Shown: positions 1-8,520 of the stretch, piece by piece
Layout: every line of letters begins with the position of its first letter
Position numbering within the stretch: the first letter of the stretch is position 1
From: Lysobacteraceae bacterium
Lineage (GTDB): Bacteria; Pseudomonadota; Gammaproteobacteria; Xanthomonadales; Xanthomonadaceae
Direction of reading: 5' to 3'
DNA length: 32,791 nt
Assembly: GCA_003449195.1 (NCBI GenBank)
Contig: DMID01000160.1
Location: forward strand, 1-32,791
Program-made: the position numbers and the translations under genes
Notes under the pieces: model-generated
Seen by the model: the letters and a program-made list of their open reading frames with translations, nothing else
Databases searched by the model: none
What the model was told of the DNA's origin: nothing

Positions 1-83
1 GGATGCGCTGGCAGGCGCCTGCCGGCGACGAGGCCGACCACGGCAATGGCCCCGCGGCCGCTGCGACGGAGGCCGCGCCATGA
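1..83 (+). CDS. 3' end of an upstream gene (partial), possibly a partner RND subunit
   Basis: Open frame ...MRWQAPAGDEADHGNGPAAAATEAAP* ends in TGA 81-83, overlapping the RND ATG (ATGA, 80-83). The product is inferred from context only. Confidence 0.5.
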   Translation, partial: MRWQAPAGDEADHGNGPAAAATEAAP

Positions 84-3000
84 GCGTGGCCGAGTTCAGC
101 ATCCGCCGCCCGGTGACGACGGTGATGTTCTTCGTCTCGATGCTGGTGGTCGGCCTGATCGCCGCGTTCCGCCTGCCGCTGGAGGCGCTGCCGGACATCT
201 CCCCGCCGTTCCTGCTGGTGCAGCTGCCCTATGCCGGTTCCACGCCGGAAGAAGTGGAGCGCACGCTGCTGCGGCCGGTGGAGGAAACGCTGGCCACGAT
301 GCCGGGCATCAAGCGCATCGACGCGCGGGCCAATGCCGAGTCGGCGATGATCTTCATCCAGTTTTCCGACTGGGACCGCGACATCGCCATCGCCGCCTCG
401 GAAGCGCGCGAGCGCATCGACGCGATCCGCGGCGATCTGCCGGAGGACTTCACCCGCTACATGGTGATGAAGTTCTCCACCTCCGACCAGCCGGTGGTGA
501 AGATCCGTCTGGCCGGGCAGCGCGACCTGCGCGGCGCGTACGACATGATCGAGCGCGAGTTCAAGCGGCCGCTGGAACGCATCCCCGGCGTGGCCCGCGT
601 GGACATTTCCGGCGCGCCGCCCAACGAGGTGGAAATCGCCATCGCCGCCGACCGCCTGAGCGCGCACGGCCTGAGCCTCAACGACCTCAATGCCAAGCTG
701 AAGACGCTCAATTTTTCGGTGTCCGCCGGCGAGATCGACGACCACGGCGAGCGCCTGCGCGTGCAGCCGGTCGGCGAACTGACCGACCTGCAGCAATTGC
801 GCGACGTGGTGCTCGATGCCAAGGGGCTGCGGCTGGACGACATCGCGCAGGTGCGCCTGCGGCCGCAGCGCATGGATTACGGCCGGCGCCTGGACGGCCG
901 CGCCGCCGTCGGCCTGGACGTGTACAAGGAGCGCAACGCCAACCTCGTCGAAGTTTCCCGGCAGGTGATCGACGCGGTGAAGGACATCCGCGGGCAAGCG
1001 GCCCTGTCGGACATCCAGGTGAAGGTGATCGACAACGAAGGCGATGCGGTGACTGCCTCGCTGACCGAACTGGCCGAGGCCGGCGGGATAGGCCTGGTGC
1101 TGTCGGTGGCGGTGCTGTTCTTCTTCCTGCGCCACTGGCCGTCCACGCTGATGGTGACGCTGGCCATCCCGATCTGCTTCCTGATGACGCTGGGCTTCAT
1201 GTACTTCGCCGGCGTCACCCTCAACATCCTGACGATGATGGGCCTGCTGCTGGCGGTCGGCATGCTGGTGGACAACGCCGTGGTGGTGGTGGAAAGCATC
1301 TATCAGGAGCGCGAGCGCCTTCCCGGCGATCCGATGCGGGCTTCGGTGCTCGGCACCAAGCATGTGGCCATTGCCCTGTCGGCCGGCACGTTGTGCCACT
1401 GCATCGTGTTCGTGCCCAACCTGTTCGGGCCGACCAACGAGGTGAGCATCTTCATGGCGCAGATCGCCATCACCATCAGCGTCTCGCTGCTGGCTTCGTG
1501 GCTGGTGGCGATCAGCCTGATCCCGATGTTGTCGGCGCGGATGAAGACGCCGCCGGCGGTTCGCAACGATCGCGGCCTGATCCACCGCCTGCAGGGCCGT
1601 TACGCGGGCTTCCTGCGCTGGACGCTGGAACACCGCGGCTGGAGCGTGACCGGCATCGTGTTGATCGTGCTGGCCAGCATCGTGCCGATGGTGCTGACCA
1701 AGACCGACATGTTCGGTGGCGGCGGCGATGCCGGAAAGGCCTACATTTTCTACCAGTGGAAAGGCAGCTATTCGCTGCAGCAGATGTCCGACGAGATCCA
1801 GCGCGTGGAGGGTTTGCTCGAAGCCAACCGCAAGCGTTTCCACATCACCCAGGTCTATTCGTACTTCAGCGAGGAGGACGGGGGCTCGACGGTGGTGGAT
1901 TTCGACACGAAGAAGATCGACGAGACCGCCCGGCTCGTCGAAGCCATCCGCAAGGAGCTGCCGCAATCCGCGCGCGCCACCATCGGCATGGGCCGCAACG
2001 GCGACAGCGGCGGCGGCAGCCAGCAGCCGGGCGTGTCGGTGGCGCTGGTGGGCGATTCGATGCAGCAGCTCGACGAACTGGCCGGGCAGATCGTGCCCTT
2101 GCTGGCGCGGCGCCCGGAGCTGCGCGACGTGCGCGTGGACGCCGGCGACCGCAACAGCGAACTGAAGGTGCGGGTGGACCGCGAGCGTGCGGCTGCATTC
2201 GGTTTCAGCGCGGAGGAAGTGGGCAGCTTCGTCGGCATGGCGCTGCGCGGCACTACCTTGCGCGAGTTCCGCCGCGGCGACAACGAAGTGCCGGTGAACG
2301 TGCGTTTTGCCGGAGCCGAGCAATACCGCGTGGAAGACCTCTCGCAGTTCATGGTGCGCACCCGCGACGGGCGCGAGGTGCCGCTGCTGAGCCTGGTGGA
2401 CGTGTCGGTGGTGCCCACCGCCGCCGGCATCCAGCGCTCCAACCGCCAGACCACCTTGAACATCCAGGCCAACCTGGCCGACAAGGTGACCGTGCCGGAC
2501 GCGCGCAAGGCGATGGAGGACGTGCTCAAGCGGGTCGGGTTCCCGGCCGGCTACAGCTACTCCTTCGACGGCGGCGCGTTCCAGCAGGACGACGATGCGA
2601 TGAAGCAGATGCTGTTCAACCTCGTCATCGCGGTGCTGATGATCTACATCGTGATGGCGGCGGTGTTCGAGTCGATGTTGTTCCCGGCGGCCATCATGAG
2701 CGGCGTGGTGTTCTCGATCTTCGGCGTGTTCTGGCTGTTCTGGCTGAGTGGCACCGCATTCTCGATCATGGCCTTCATCGGCATCCTCGTGCTGATGGGC
2801 GTGGTGGTGAACAACGGCATCGTGATGATCGAGCACGTCAACAACCTGCGCCGGCGCGGCATGGCCCGCACCGATGCGCTGGTGGAGGGCAGCCGCGAGC
2901 GGCTGCGCCCGATCATGATGACGATGGGCACCGCGATCCTGGCGATGGTGCCCATCGCGATGGGCAATACCCAGCTGGCCGGCAACGGGCCGCCGTACTT

Positions 3001-3169
3001 CCCGATGGCCCGCGCCATCGCCGGCGGGCTGGCCTTCTCCACGCTGGTGAGCCTGCTGTTCTTGCCGACGATCTACGCGATCCTCGACGACCTCGGCACC
3101 GGTACCGCGCGGCTGATCCGGCGCGCGCGCGGGTTGCCGGCCGAATCCGCGACAGCGACGGCAGGCTGA
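80..3169 (+). CDS. Efflux RND transporter permease subunit (AcrB/AcrD/AcrF family), 1029 aa
   Basis: N-terminal SIRRPV, RND-type TM pattern with two large periplasmic loops, GMLVDNAVVVVE (TM4), RLRPIMMT (TM11). GGAGG lies upstream. Confidence 0.96.
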   Translation: MSVAEFSIRRPVTTVMFFVSMLVVGLIAAFRLPLEALPDISPPFLLVQLPYAGSTPEEVERTLLRPVEETLATMPGIKRIDARANAESAMIFIQFSDWDRDIAIAASEARERIDAIRGDLPEDFTRYMVMKFSTSDQPVVKIRLAGQRDLRGAYDMIEREFKRPLERIPGVARVDISGAPPNEVEIAIAADRLSAHGLSLNDLNAKLKTLNFSVSAGEIDDHGERLRVQPVGELTDLQQLRDVVLDAKGLRLDDIAQVRLRPQRMDYGRRLDGRAAVGLDVYKERNANLVEVSRQVIDAVKDIRGQAALSDIQVKVIDNEGDAVTASLTELAEAGGIGLVLSVAVLFFFLRHWPSTLMVTLAIPICFLMTLGFMYFAGVTLNILTMMGLLLAVGMLVDNAVVVVESIYQERERLPGDPMRASVLGTKHVAIALSAGTLCHCIVFVPNLFGPTNEVSIFMAQIAITISVSLLASWLVAISLIPMLSARMKTPPAVRNDRGLIHRLQGRYAGFLRWTLEHRGWSVTGIVLIVLASIVPMVLTKTDMFGGGGDAGKAYIFYQWKGSYSLQQMSDEIQRVEGLLEANRKRFHITQVYSYFSEEDGGSTVVDFDTKKIDETARLVEAIRKELPQSARATIGMGRNGDSGGGSQQPGVSVALVGDSMQQLDELAGQIVPLLARRPELRDVRVDAGDRNSELKVRVDRERAAAFGFSAEEVGSFVGMALRGTTLREFRRGDNEVPVNVRFAGAEQYRVEDLSQFMVRTRDGREVPLLSLVDVSVVPTAAGIQRSNRQTTLNIQANLADKVTVPDARKAMEDVLKRVGFPAGYSYSFDGGAFQQDDDAMKQMLFNLVIAVLMIYIVMAAVFESMLFPAAIMSGVVFSIFGVFWLFWLSGTAFSIMAFIGILVLMGVVVNNGIVMIEHVNNLRRRGMARTDALVEGSRERLRPIMMTMGTAILAMVPIAMGNTQLAGNGPPYFPMARAIAGGLAFSTLVSLLFLPTIYAILDDLGTGTARLIRRARGLPAESATATAG

Positions 3170-3187
3170 GGCGGCGTCGCTTTTGGC

Positions 3188-4429
3188 TCAGGCGAACAGC
3201 TTGCCGGCGATGCGCAGGCCGGCGATCCACACGCCGGCCATGCTGCCCAGATCGGTGAGCAGGAACACCAGCACCACCCGCGAGACGCGGTTGCGATACC
3301 AGCCGCGCCAGCTCTGGGTGTCGTCGCGCAGGGCGAGGAAGTCGGCATAGGCCGGCTTGCGCAGGTGCACTTCGACCAGCGCGCTGAACATGCCGGCCGG
3401 CAAGGTGGCGCGGAACGGCTTGAACGGGGCCACCACCGCGGCGGTCAGCACGCTGAGCGGGTGGCCGCCGCCGAGCAGGCAGCCCAGCCCGGCCAGCCCG
3501 GCGGTCCAGGCCGCCCAGATCGCCAGCAGGTGAGTGCCCACGCCCATGCCGCCGCGCCAGAAACCGATGCCCACGCCGCTCAGCACCAGCGCGGTGATCG
3601 CCAGCGAGAACCACGGGATGTTGCGCTTGGGCGGCAGGTATTCGAGCTCGGCGCGCAGCTGCTGCGGGTTTTCGGTGTCGTCCTTCAGGTGCCGCGACAG
3701 GCCGGCCAGATGCCCAGCGCCGACCACCGCCAGCACCTCGCGCGCATCGCCGCAGCTTTCGCGCAGGCGCGTGGCCATGTAGCGGTCGCGCTCGGCGATG
3801 ATGGTCTCGTACAGCGCCGGGCTTTCGCCGGCAAACTCGCTGAAACTCGATTCGAGCATGTCGCCCTGCTTGAGTTTCTCGATGTCGTTCTCGCCGACCT
3901 CGTCGCTGGACAGCAGCCCGGCCAGCAGCCCGGAACTGAGCTTGATCCGGCCCCAGAAGCCGAGCCGGCCGGAGGCGCGACGGAAGGTCAGGCCGACGTC
4001 GCGGTCGATCAGGTGTACCGGCAGGTTGCGCGCACGGGCTTCCAGCACGGCGCCCTTGAGCTCGGCGCCGGGCTCGATGCCGAGCTGCTCGGCCAGCCGG
4101 CGCTGGTAGGCGGCCAGTCCGAGGTTCACCGCGAACAGCGCCAGCCGCTTGCTGCGGATCACCTGCACCAGGTCGAGCTTGGCCAGCGCGTCCGGGTCGG
4201 TCATCGACTGCAGGCGCTGGGCATCCAGTTCCACCGCCACCGCATCGAAGCGGCCACTGTCGATGGCCTGTTTCACCGCGGCCACGCTGGCCTGCGACAC
4301 GTGCGCGGTGCCGAGCAGGGTGTAGCGCACGCCGTCGCGCTCGACCACGCGCACGGGTTGGTCGGCAAAGGCATCGGTTGCGGGGGCGGTATCCGCAATG
4401 GGCGCGGACGAGGAGGGCAGGTCGTTCAT
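3188..4429 (-). CDS. TraB/PrgY/GumN (Tiki) family protein with C-terminal TM helices, about 413 aa
   Basis: Motifs LLGTAHVS, VAVELD, PGAEL, IIAERD, VVGAGHL, followed by a hydrophobic C-terminal domain. Start placed at ATG 4429, which overlaps the GNAT stop. Confidence 0.9.
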   Translation of the reverse strand: MNDLPSSSAPIADTAPATDAFADQPVRVVERDGVRYTLLGTAHVSQASVAAVKQAIDSGRFDAVAVELDAQRLQSMTDPDALAKLDLVQVIRSKRLALFAVNLGLAAYQRRLAEQLGIEPGAELKGAVLEARARNLPVHLIDRDVGLTFRRASGRLGFWGRIKLSSGLLAGLLSSDEVGENDIEKLKQGDMLESSFSEFAGESPALYETIIAERDRYMATRLRESCGDAREVLAVVGAGHLAGLSRHLKDDTENPQQLRAELEYLPPKRNIPWFSLAITALVLSGVGIGFWRGGMGVGTHLLAIWAAWTAGLAGLGCLLGGGHPLSVLTAAVVAPFKPFRATLPAGMFSALVEVHLRKPAYADFLALRDDTQSWRGWYRNRVSRVVLVFLLTDLGSMAGVWIAGLRIAGKLFA

Positions 4430-4968
4430 CGGAAGGGTTCGAGTCCGGAAGGTGGCGTGTCGGCGCCGGTGCCGAGCGCGCGTTGCATCTGCACGGTGTC
4501 CAGCCAGCGGCCATGCTTGAAGGCCAGCGCGGGGAACACGCCGATCAGGGTGAAGCCGAGTTTTTGGTGTAGGCGGATCGAGGCGGCATTGGCCGGTTCC
4601 CCGATCACCGCGACCATCTGGCGGAAGCCGCAGGCCTCGCAGGCGGCGATCAACGCCTGCATCAGCAAGGTGCCGATGCCCTGGCCGTGCGCCGCATCGG
4701 CGACGTAGACCGAGTTCTCCACGGCCCACTGGTAGGCCATGCGGCTGCGATAGCGGCCGGCATAGGCATAGCCGAGAACTTCACCGCCGTGCTCGGCGAC
4801 CAGATAGGGGTAGCCGGCGGCCAGCGTGCGGTGCATGCGCGCCAGCATCTCGGCCTCGTCGGGCACCTCGTATTCGTAGGTGTTGACCCGCTCGCGCACT
4901 TCCACCGCGTAGATCGCGGCGATGGCGGGCACGTCGGCCTCGCGGGCCGGTCGGATCGTCGGGGACAC
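4426..4968 (-). CDS. GNAT N-acetyltransferase, phosphinothricin/methionine-sulfoximine acetyltransferase (Pat/YncA)-like, about 180 aa
   Basis: IRPAREAD, ENSVYV, GQGIGTLL (acetyl-CoA motif A), NAASIRLHQKLGF, KHGRWLD. GTG start at 4968 lies 7 nt after the aguB stop. Confidence 0.9.
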   Translation of the reverse strand: MSPTIRPAREADVPAIAAIYAVEVRERVNTYEYEVPDEAEMLARMHRTLAAGYPYLVAEHGGEVLGYAYAGRYRSRMAYQWAVENSVYVADAAHGQGIGTLLMQALIAACEACGFRQMVAVIGEPANAASIRLHQKLGFTLIGVFPALAFKHGRWLDTVQMQRALGTGADTPPSGLEPFR

Positions 4969-4975
4969 GGCAGGC

Positions 4976-5869
4976 TCAGTCGATGTAGCGCTTGAGCAGG
5001 CCGTCGTAGGCATCGATGCGGCGGTCGCGCAGGAACGGCCAGATGCGCCGGACGTGCTCGCTGCGCGCCATGTCGACCTCGGCCAGCAGCAGGGCCGGTT
5101 CGGTGCCGGCCTCGACGACGAATTCGCCCTGCGGGCCAAGCACGTGGCTGTTGCCCCAGAAGTCGATGCCGGAGGCCCCCAGCGGCGAGGCCTCGTGGCC
5201 GACGCGGTTGCAGCTCAGCACCGGCAGGCCGTTGGCGACGGCGTGGCCGCGATGGCTCAATACCCAGGCATCGCGCTGGCGGGTCTTTTCGTCTGCGGCA
5301 TCGGCGGGGTCCCAGCCGATCGCGGTGGGATAGAGCAGCATTTCGGCGCCGGCCAGCGCCATCAGGCGCGCGGCTTCCGGATACCACTGGTCCCAGCACA
5401 CCAGCACGCCGAGCCGGCCCACCGACGTGTCCACCGGCTTGAAACCGATGTCGCCGGGCGTGAAGTAGAACTTCTCGTAGAAGCCCGGGTCGTCGGGGAT
5501 GTGCATCTTGCGGTACTTGCCGACGAGCGTGCCGTCCTTTTCCAGCACCACGGCAGTGTTGTGGTACAGGCCGGTGGCACGCTTCTCGAACAGCGAGCCG
5601 ACGATCACCACGCCGTGCTGCTTGGCCAAGGCACCTAGCCGCTGCGTGCTCGGGCCGGGGATCGGTTCGGCGAGGTCGAATTCGTCCACCGATTCGTGTT
5701 GGCAGAAGTACGGGCCGTTGTGCAGCTCCTGCAACAGCACGAGTCGGGCGCCTTGCGCGGCGGCTTCGGCCACGCGGGCCTCGATCACGGACAGATTGGC
5801 TTTGGCGTCGCCGTGGTTGCGCTCCTGGACGAGCGCGACGGGGAGAGTCTTGCGGGTGGTCATCGGCAT
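4976..5869 (-). CDS. aguB: Carbon-nitrogen hydrolase, N-carbamoylputrescine amidase-like
   Basis: Nitrilase-family E-K-C triad (LQELH, YRKMHIPDDPGFYEKFYF, VCWDQWYPE) and C-terminal WPFLRDRR; adjacent to agmatine deiminase. The start may be ATG 5863. Confidence 0.9.
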   Translation of the reverse strand: MPMTTRKTLPVALVQERNHGDAKANLSVIEARVAEAAAQGARLVLLQELHNGPYFCQHESVDEFDLAEPIPGPSTQRLGALAKQHGVVIVGSLFEKRATGLYHNTAVVLEKDGTLVGKYRKMHIPDDPGFYEKFYFTPGDIGFKPVDTSVGRLGVLVCWDQWYPEAARLMALAGAEMLLYPTAIGWDPADAADEKTRQRDAWVLSHRGHAVANGLPVLSCNRVGHEASPLGASGIDFWGNSHVLGPQGEFVVEAGTEPALLLAEVDMARSEHVRRIWPFLRDRRIDAYDGLLKRYID

Positions 5870-5892
5870 GCTGGCACGGGATGCAGGCGCGC

Positions 5893-5898
5893 ATGGTA
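5893..5898 (-). promoter_or_regulatory. Putative sigma70 -10 element (TACCAT) of an internal promoter for aguB-GNAT-traB
   Basis: TACCAT on the minus strand, 23 nt before the aguB ATG, in the 82-bp aguA-aguB gap. No clear -35. Confidence 0.4.
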
Positions 5899-5951
5899 GC
5901 GCGCCGGAGTGGGGTGGCCGGCCAATGCGGCAACCGGCGCGGAGGGCAGGT

Positions 5952-7004
5952 TCAGGCGACCAGCAGGCCGGCCGGCAACTGCATGGTGATGCAGTGCAGG
6001 CTGCCGTTCTGCCAGATCAGCGGGCGGCAGGGCACCTGCACGATCTCGCGGTCGGGGAAGGCAGCGGCCAGCACGTCGCGTGCGGCATCGTCGGTCACCT
6101 GCTCGTCCGGGGTGATGCCGTACGCGGGCATCAGCACGGCGCCGTCGACGATCAGGAAATTGGCATAGGAGGCGGCCAGGCGGCGGCCCTCGTCGAGGAT
6201 CGGCCGCGCCCACGGCAGCGGGAACAGGCGGTAGGGCCGGCCATCGATGGTGCGCAGTGCGGCCAGTTCCTCGCCCATCGCGGTCAATTCGGCATGGTGC
6301 GAATCGCCGGCATCGTCGCAGGCCTGGAACACGATGCTGTCGGCCGAGGCAAAGCGGGCGAGGGTATCGACATGGGCATCGGTGTCGTCGCCTTCCAGAT
6401 ACCCGTGGTCCAGCCACAGCACACGCCGTTGCGCCAGCCAGCCGGCCAGCTTGGCAGACACCTCGTCGCGCGCGAGCTGCGGATGGCGCTCGTGCAGGCA
6501 TTTCCACGTGGACAGCAGGGTGCCTGCGCCGTCGGTGTCGATGGCGCCGCCTTCCAGCGCGAAGTCGATGCTCTGCACGTCGGCCTGCGCGAACAGGCCG
6601 TTGCCGGCCAGCGTGCCGACCAGCCGGTCGTCGCGGCTGGCCTCGAATTTGCCGCCCCAGCCGGTGAAGCGGAAGTCGAGCAGGCGGAAGCCGCCATCGG
6701 CACGTTTGAGCGTGATCGGGCCGGAATCGCGCAGCCAGGTGTCGTCGTATTCGACGGTGACGAAACGCACGCGCTCCATGTCAATCCGGTTCGAGCGCAG
6801 ACGCATTTCGGCGTAGGTCTCGATGTCGTCGTCGGCCACGCAGATCACCACCGGTTCGAAGCGGGTGATGGCGGCGACCAGGGCCACGTAGGTGTCCTCG
6901 ACTTCGCCCAGGCGCTCGGCCCAGTCGGTCTCGGCATGCGGCCACGCGATCAGGACGGCGGACTGGGATTCCCATTCCGCCGGGAAACGGAGTTCTGCGC
7001 TCAT
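5952..7004 (-). CDS. aguA: Agmatine deiminase (PAD_porph) family protein
   Basis: RFPAEWE, WLRDSGP, LEGG, DTDAHVD, SYANF and GSLHCITMQ (catalytic Cys). Confidence 0.93.
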   Translation of the reverse strand: MSAELRFPAEWESQSAVLIAWPHAETDWAERLGEVEDTYVALVAAITRFEPVVICVADDDIETYAEMRLRSNRIDMERVRFVTVEYDDTWLRDSGPITLKRADGGFRLLDFRFTGWGGKFEASRDDRLVGTLAGNGLFAQADVQSIDFALEGGAIDTDGAGTLLSTWKCLHERHPQLARDEVSAKLAGWLAQRRVLWLDHGYLEGDDTDAHVDTLARFASADSIVFQACDDAGDSHHAELTAMGEELAALRTIDGRPYRLFPLPWARPILDEGRRLAASYANFLIVDGAVLMPAYGITPDEQVTDDAARDVLAAAFPDREIVQVPCRPLIWQNGSLHCITMQLPAGLLVA

Positions 7005-7028
7005 GGATTACGGAATGCTTCCAATGAA

Positions 7029-7049
7029 GGCGCCGCATGAGGCGGCGCC
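7029..7049 (-). terminator. GC-rich hairpin between the hypothetical gene and aguA (weak terminator or leader hairpin)
   Basis: GGCGCCGC-ATGAG-GCGGCGCC perfect 8-bp stem; only a short UUCAUU follows on the minus strand. Confidence 0.35.
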
Positions 7050-7074
7050 GGGAGTGCCTTGGCCGCGATATGGA

Positions 7075-7407
7075 TCAGCGGACGGGGGGCTTGGGGCCGA
7101 TCTCGTTCGGTGCGGCCTTGCGCACCACCACGTCGATGACCTTGTTCTTTTCGAAGTAGACGATGTAGTCCGGGTATTCCCAGCGGTTGATCGTCGGCCA
7201 TTGCTTCTTCTGGCCGCCCTTCGGATTCAGTTTTTGCTGGGGAGCGCCGAGCCGGGCCTCGACCTGCTGCATTGTCTGTCCGCGCGCCGGTGCGCCGGCG
7301 GGGGCATGCTTTGCGCGATCCACCAGCAAGGTCTCGGCGGAGGCGGCAACTGGAGTCAGGGCAACCAGCAGGGCGGAAAGTGCGGCGGTGGCAACGAGGC
7401 GATTCAT
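7075..7407 (-). CDS. Small exported hypothetical protein (110 aa), SmpA/OmlA(BamE)-like motif
   Basis: Signal peptide MNRLVATAALSALLVALTPVAASA and GQTMQQVEARLGAP...RWEYPDYIVYFE. GGAG RBS upstream of ATG 7407. Confidence 0.8.
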   Translation of the reverse strand: MNRLVATAALSALLVALTPVAASAETLLVDRAKHAPAGAPARGQTMQQVEARLGAPQQKLNPKGGQKKQWPTINRWEYPDYIVYFEKNKVIDVVVRKAAPNEIGPKPPVR

Positions 7408-7460
7408 CCCGGAGTCTCCCGAAAGGTGGCGCATGCGCGGCGAACGGGCCGCACCATAAC

Positions 7461-7486
7461 AAAAAACCGCCTGGGCGGCGGTTTCT
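7461..7486 (-). terminator. Rho-independent terminator of rpmJ
   Basis: Minus strand AGAAACCGCC-GCCCA-GGCGGTTTTTT, 25 nt after the rpmJ stop. Confidence 0.8.
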
Positions 7487-7511
7487 TGATGCTTTCGCGG
7501 CAGCAGGCGAC

Positions 7512-7637
7512 TCAGCGCTGGCGGGCCTTGAAGCGCGGATTGCTCTTGCAGATCACGAAGACCTTGCCGCGACGGCGGACCACCTTGCAGTCGCGGTGAC
7601 GGGCCTTCGCCGACTTCAGGGAGGACAGGACCTTCAT
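7512..7637 (-). CDS. rpmJ: 50S ribosomal protein L36, type B (zinc-independent, YkgO-like), 41 aa
   Basis: Hand translation gives [49 protein letters not shown] upstream. Too short for the ORF track. Confidence 0.97.
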   Translation of the reverse strand: MKVLSSLKSAKARHRDCKVVRRRGKVFVICKSNPRFKARQR

Positions 7638-7725
7638 GACACACCTCGGCGTAAACGTCTGGATTCGGGGGACAGGACCCCGGTTTTCCCTTGTGGGATA
7701 TGGCCGGGAGTCCGCTAAGCCGCCA

Positions 7726-7755
7726 ATCTTACCGTGATGGGTGGCTGGTGTTCAA
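7726..7755 (-). promoter_or_regulatory. Putative sigma70 promoter for rpmJ
   Basis: TTGAAC (7755-7750), 18-nt spacer, TAAGAT (7731-7726) on the minus strand. Confidence 0.6.
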
Positions 7756-7842
7756 GTGCGGCGAGATGTCTCCGGCCGGGGCTTCCGGCGGTGCCCTACA
7801 ATCGGTGGTCCCGAAAGAGCTGCCGCAACTGGAGAGTCGTGC

Positions 7843-8517
7843 ATGGAATCGAACATCCCCGTGTTGACCATTGATGGTCCGTCCGGAGCCGGCAAGGGCA
7901 CGGTCAGCCGGATCGTGGCCGCGCGGCTCGGGTGGCATTACCTCGATTCCGGTGCACTTTACCGGGCGGTCGGCGTGGCGGCGAGCTGGGCCGATCTGGA
8001 TATTTCCGACTCGGCGGCGCTGGTGCGCTGCGCATTCGATACGAGGGTTTCCTTCGTGGAGTCGCAGGCGCGTGGCCTGCGCGTTGAGGTGAACGGGGTC
8101 GATGCCACCGACGAGCTGCGCCTGGAAACCACGGGGGCGGTGGCCTCGGCGATTGCCGCCATCCCCGAGGTGCGCTCGGCCCTGCGCGAGCGCCAGCGGG
8201 CGTTCCGGCGCTTGCCGGGGCTGGTGGCCGACGGGCGCGACATGGGGACGGTGATCTTCCCCGATGCTTCGTTCAAGGTGTTCCTGACGGCCAGTGCCGA
8301 GGAGCGCGCCGACAGGCGCTACAACCAATTGAAAGAAAAAGGGGTTTCGGTTAGCATGGGCGACCTGCTGCGGGAGATTCTTGCCCGCGACGCCCGCGAC
8401 GCCCAGCGTGCGGTGGCGCCCCTGAGGCCGGCCGAAGATGCCGTGCTCATCGACACCACGGGCATGCCGATCGATCAGGTGGTGGACAAGGTGCTGGCAC
8501 TGGCCCGGCCGCTTTGA
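7843..8517 (+). CDS. cmk: (d)CMP kinase
   Basis: [12 protein letters not shown]-loop, [28 protein letters not shown] and TACAAT -10-like element at 7797-7802. Confidence 0.97.
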   Translation: MESNIPVLTIDGPSGAGKGTVSRIVAARLGWHYLDSGALYRAVGVAASWADLDISDSAALVRCAFDTRVSFVESQARGLRVEVNGVDATDELRLETTGAVASAIAAIPEVRSALRERQRAFRRLPGLVADGRDMGTVIFPDASFKVFLTASAEERADRRYNQLKEKGVSVSMGDLLREILARDARDAQRAVAPLRPAEDAVLIDTTGMPIDQVVDKVLALARPL

Positions 8518-8520
8518 TCC

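Noticed and set aside
3154..3184. Possible terminator between RND and traB (AGCGACG...CGTCGCTTTT)
   Set aside because: The 14-nt loop, the stem overlapping the stop codon and the short U-tract make it too weak to call.
46..3258. 1070-aa alternative-frame ORF over the RND gene
   Set aside because: Arg/Gly/Pro-rich shadow ORF typical of high-GC DNA, with no motifs; the RND frame explains the region.
3188..4429. 'TraB' name suggesting conjugation or a mobile element
   Set aside because: This is the pheromone-shutdown/Tiki family, a chromosomal membrane protein; no T4SS, relaxase or integrase is present.
4430..5139. N-terminal extensions of TraB (to 4729) and GNAT (to 5139) in the ORF track, suggesting fusions or frameshifts
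   Set aside because: The extensions overlap genuine neighbours. Internal starts at 4429 and 4968 give normal-length proteins with tight operon junctions.
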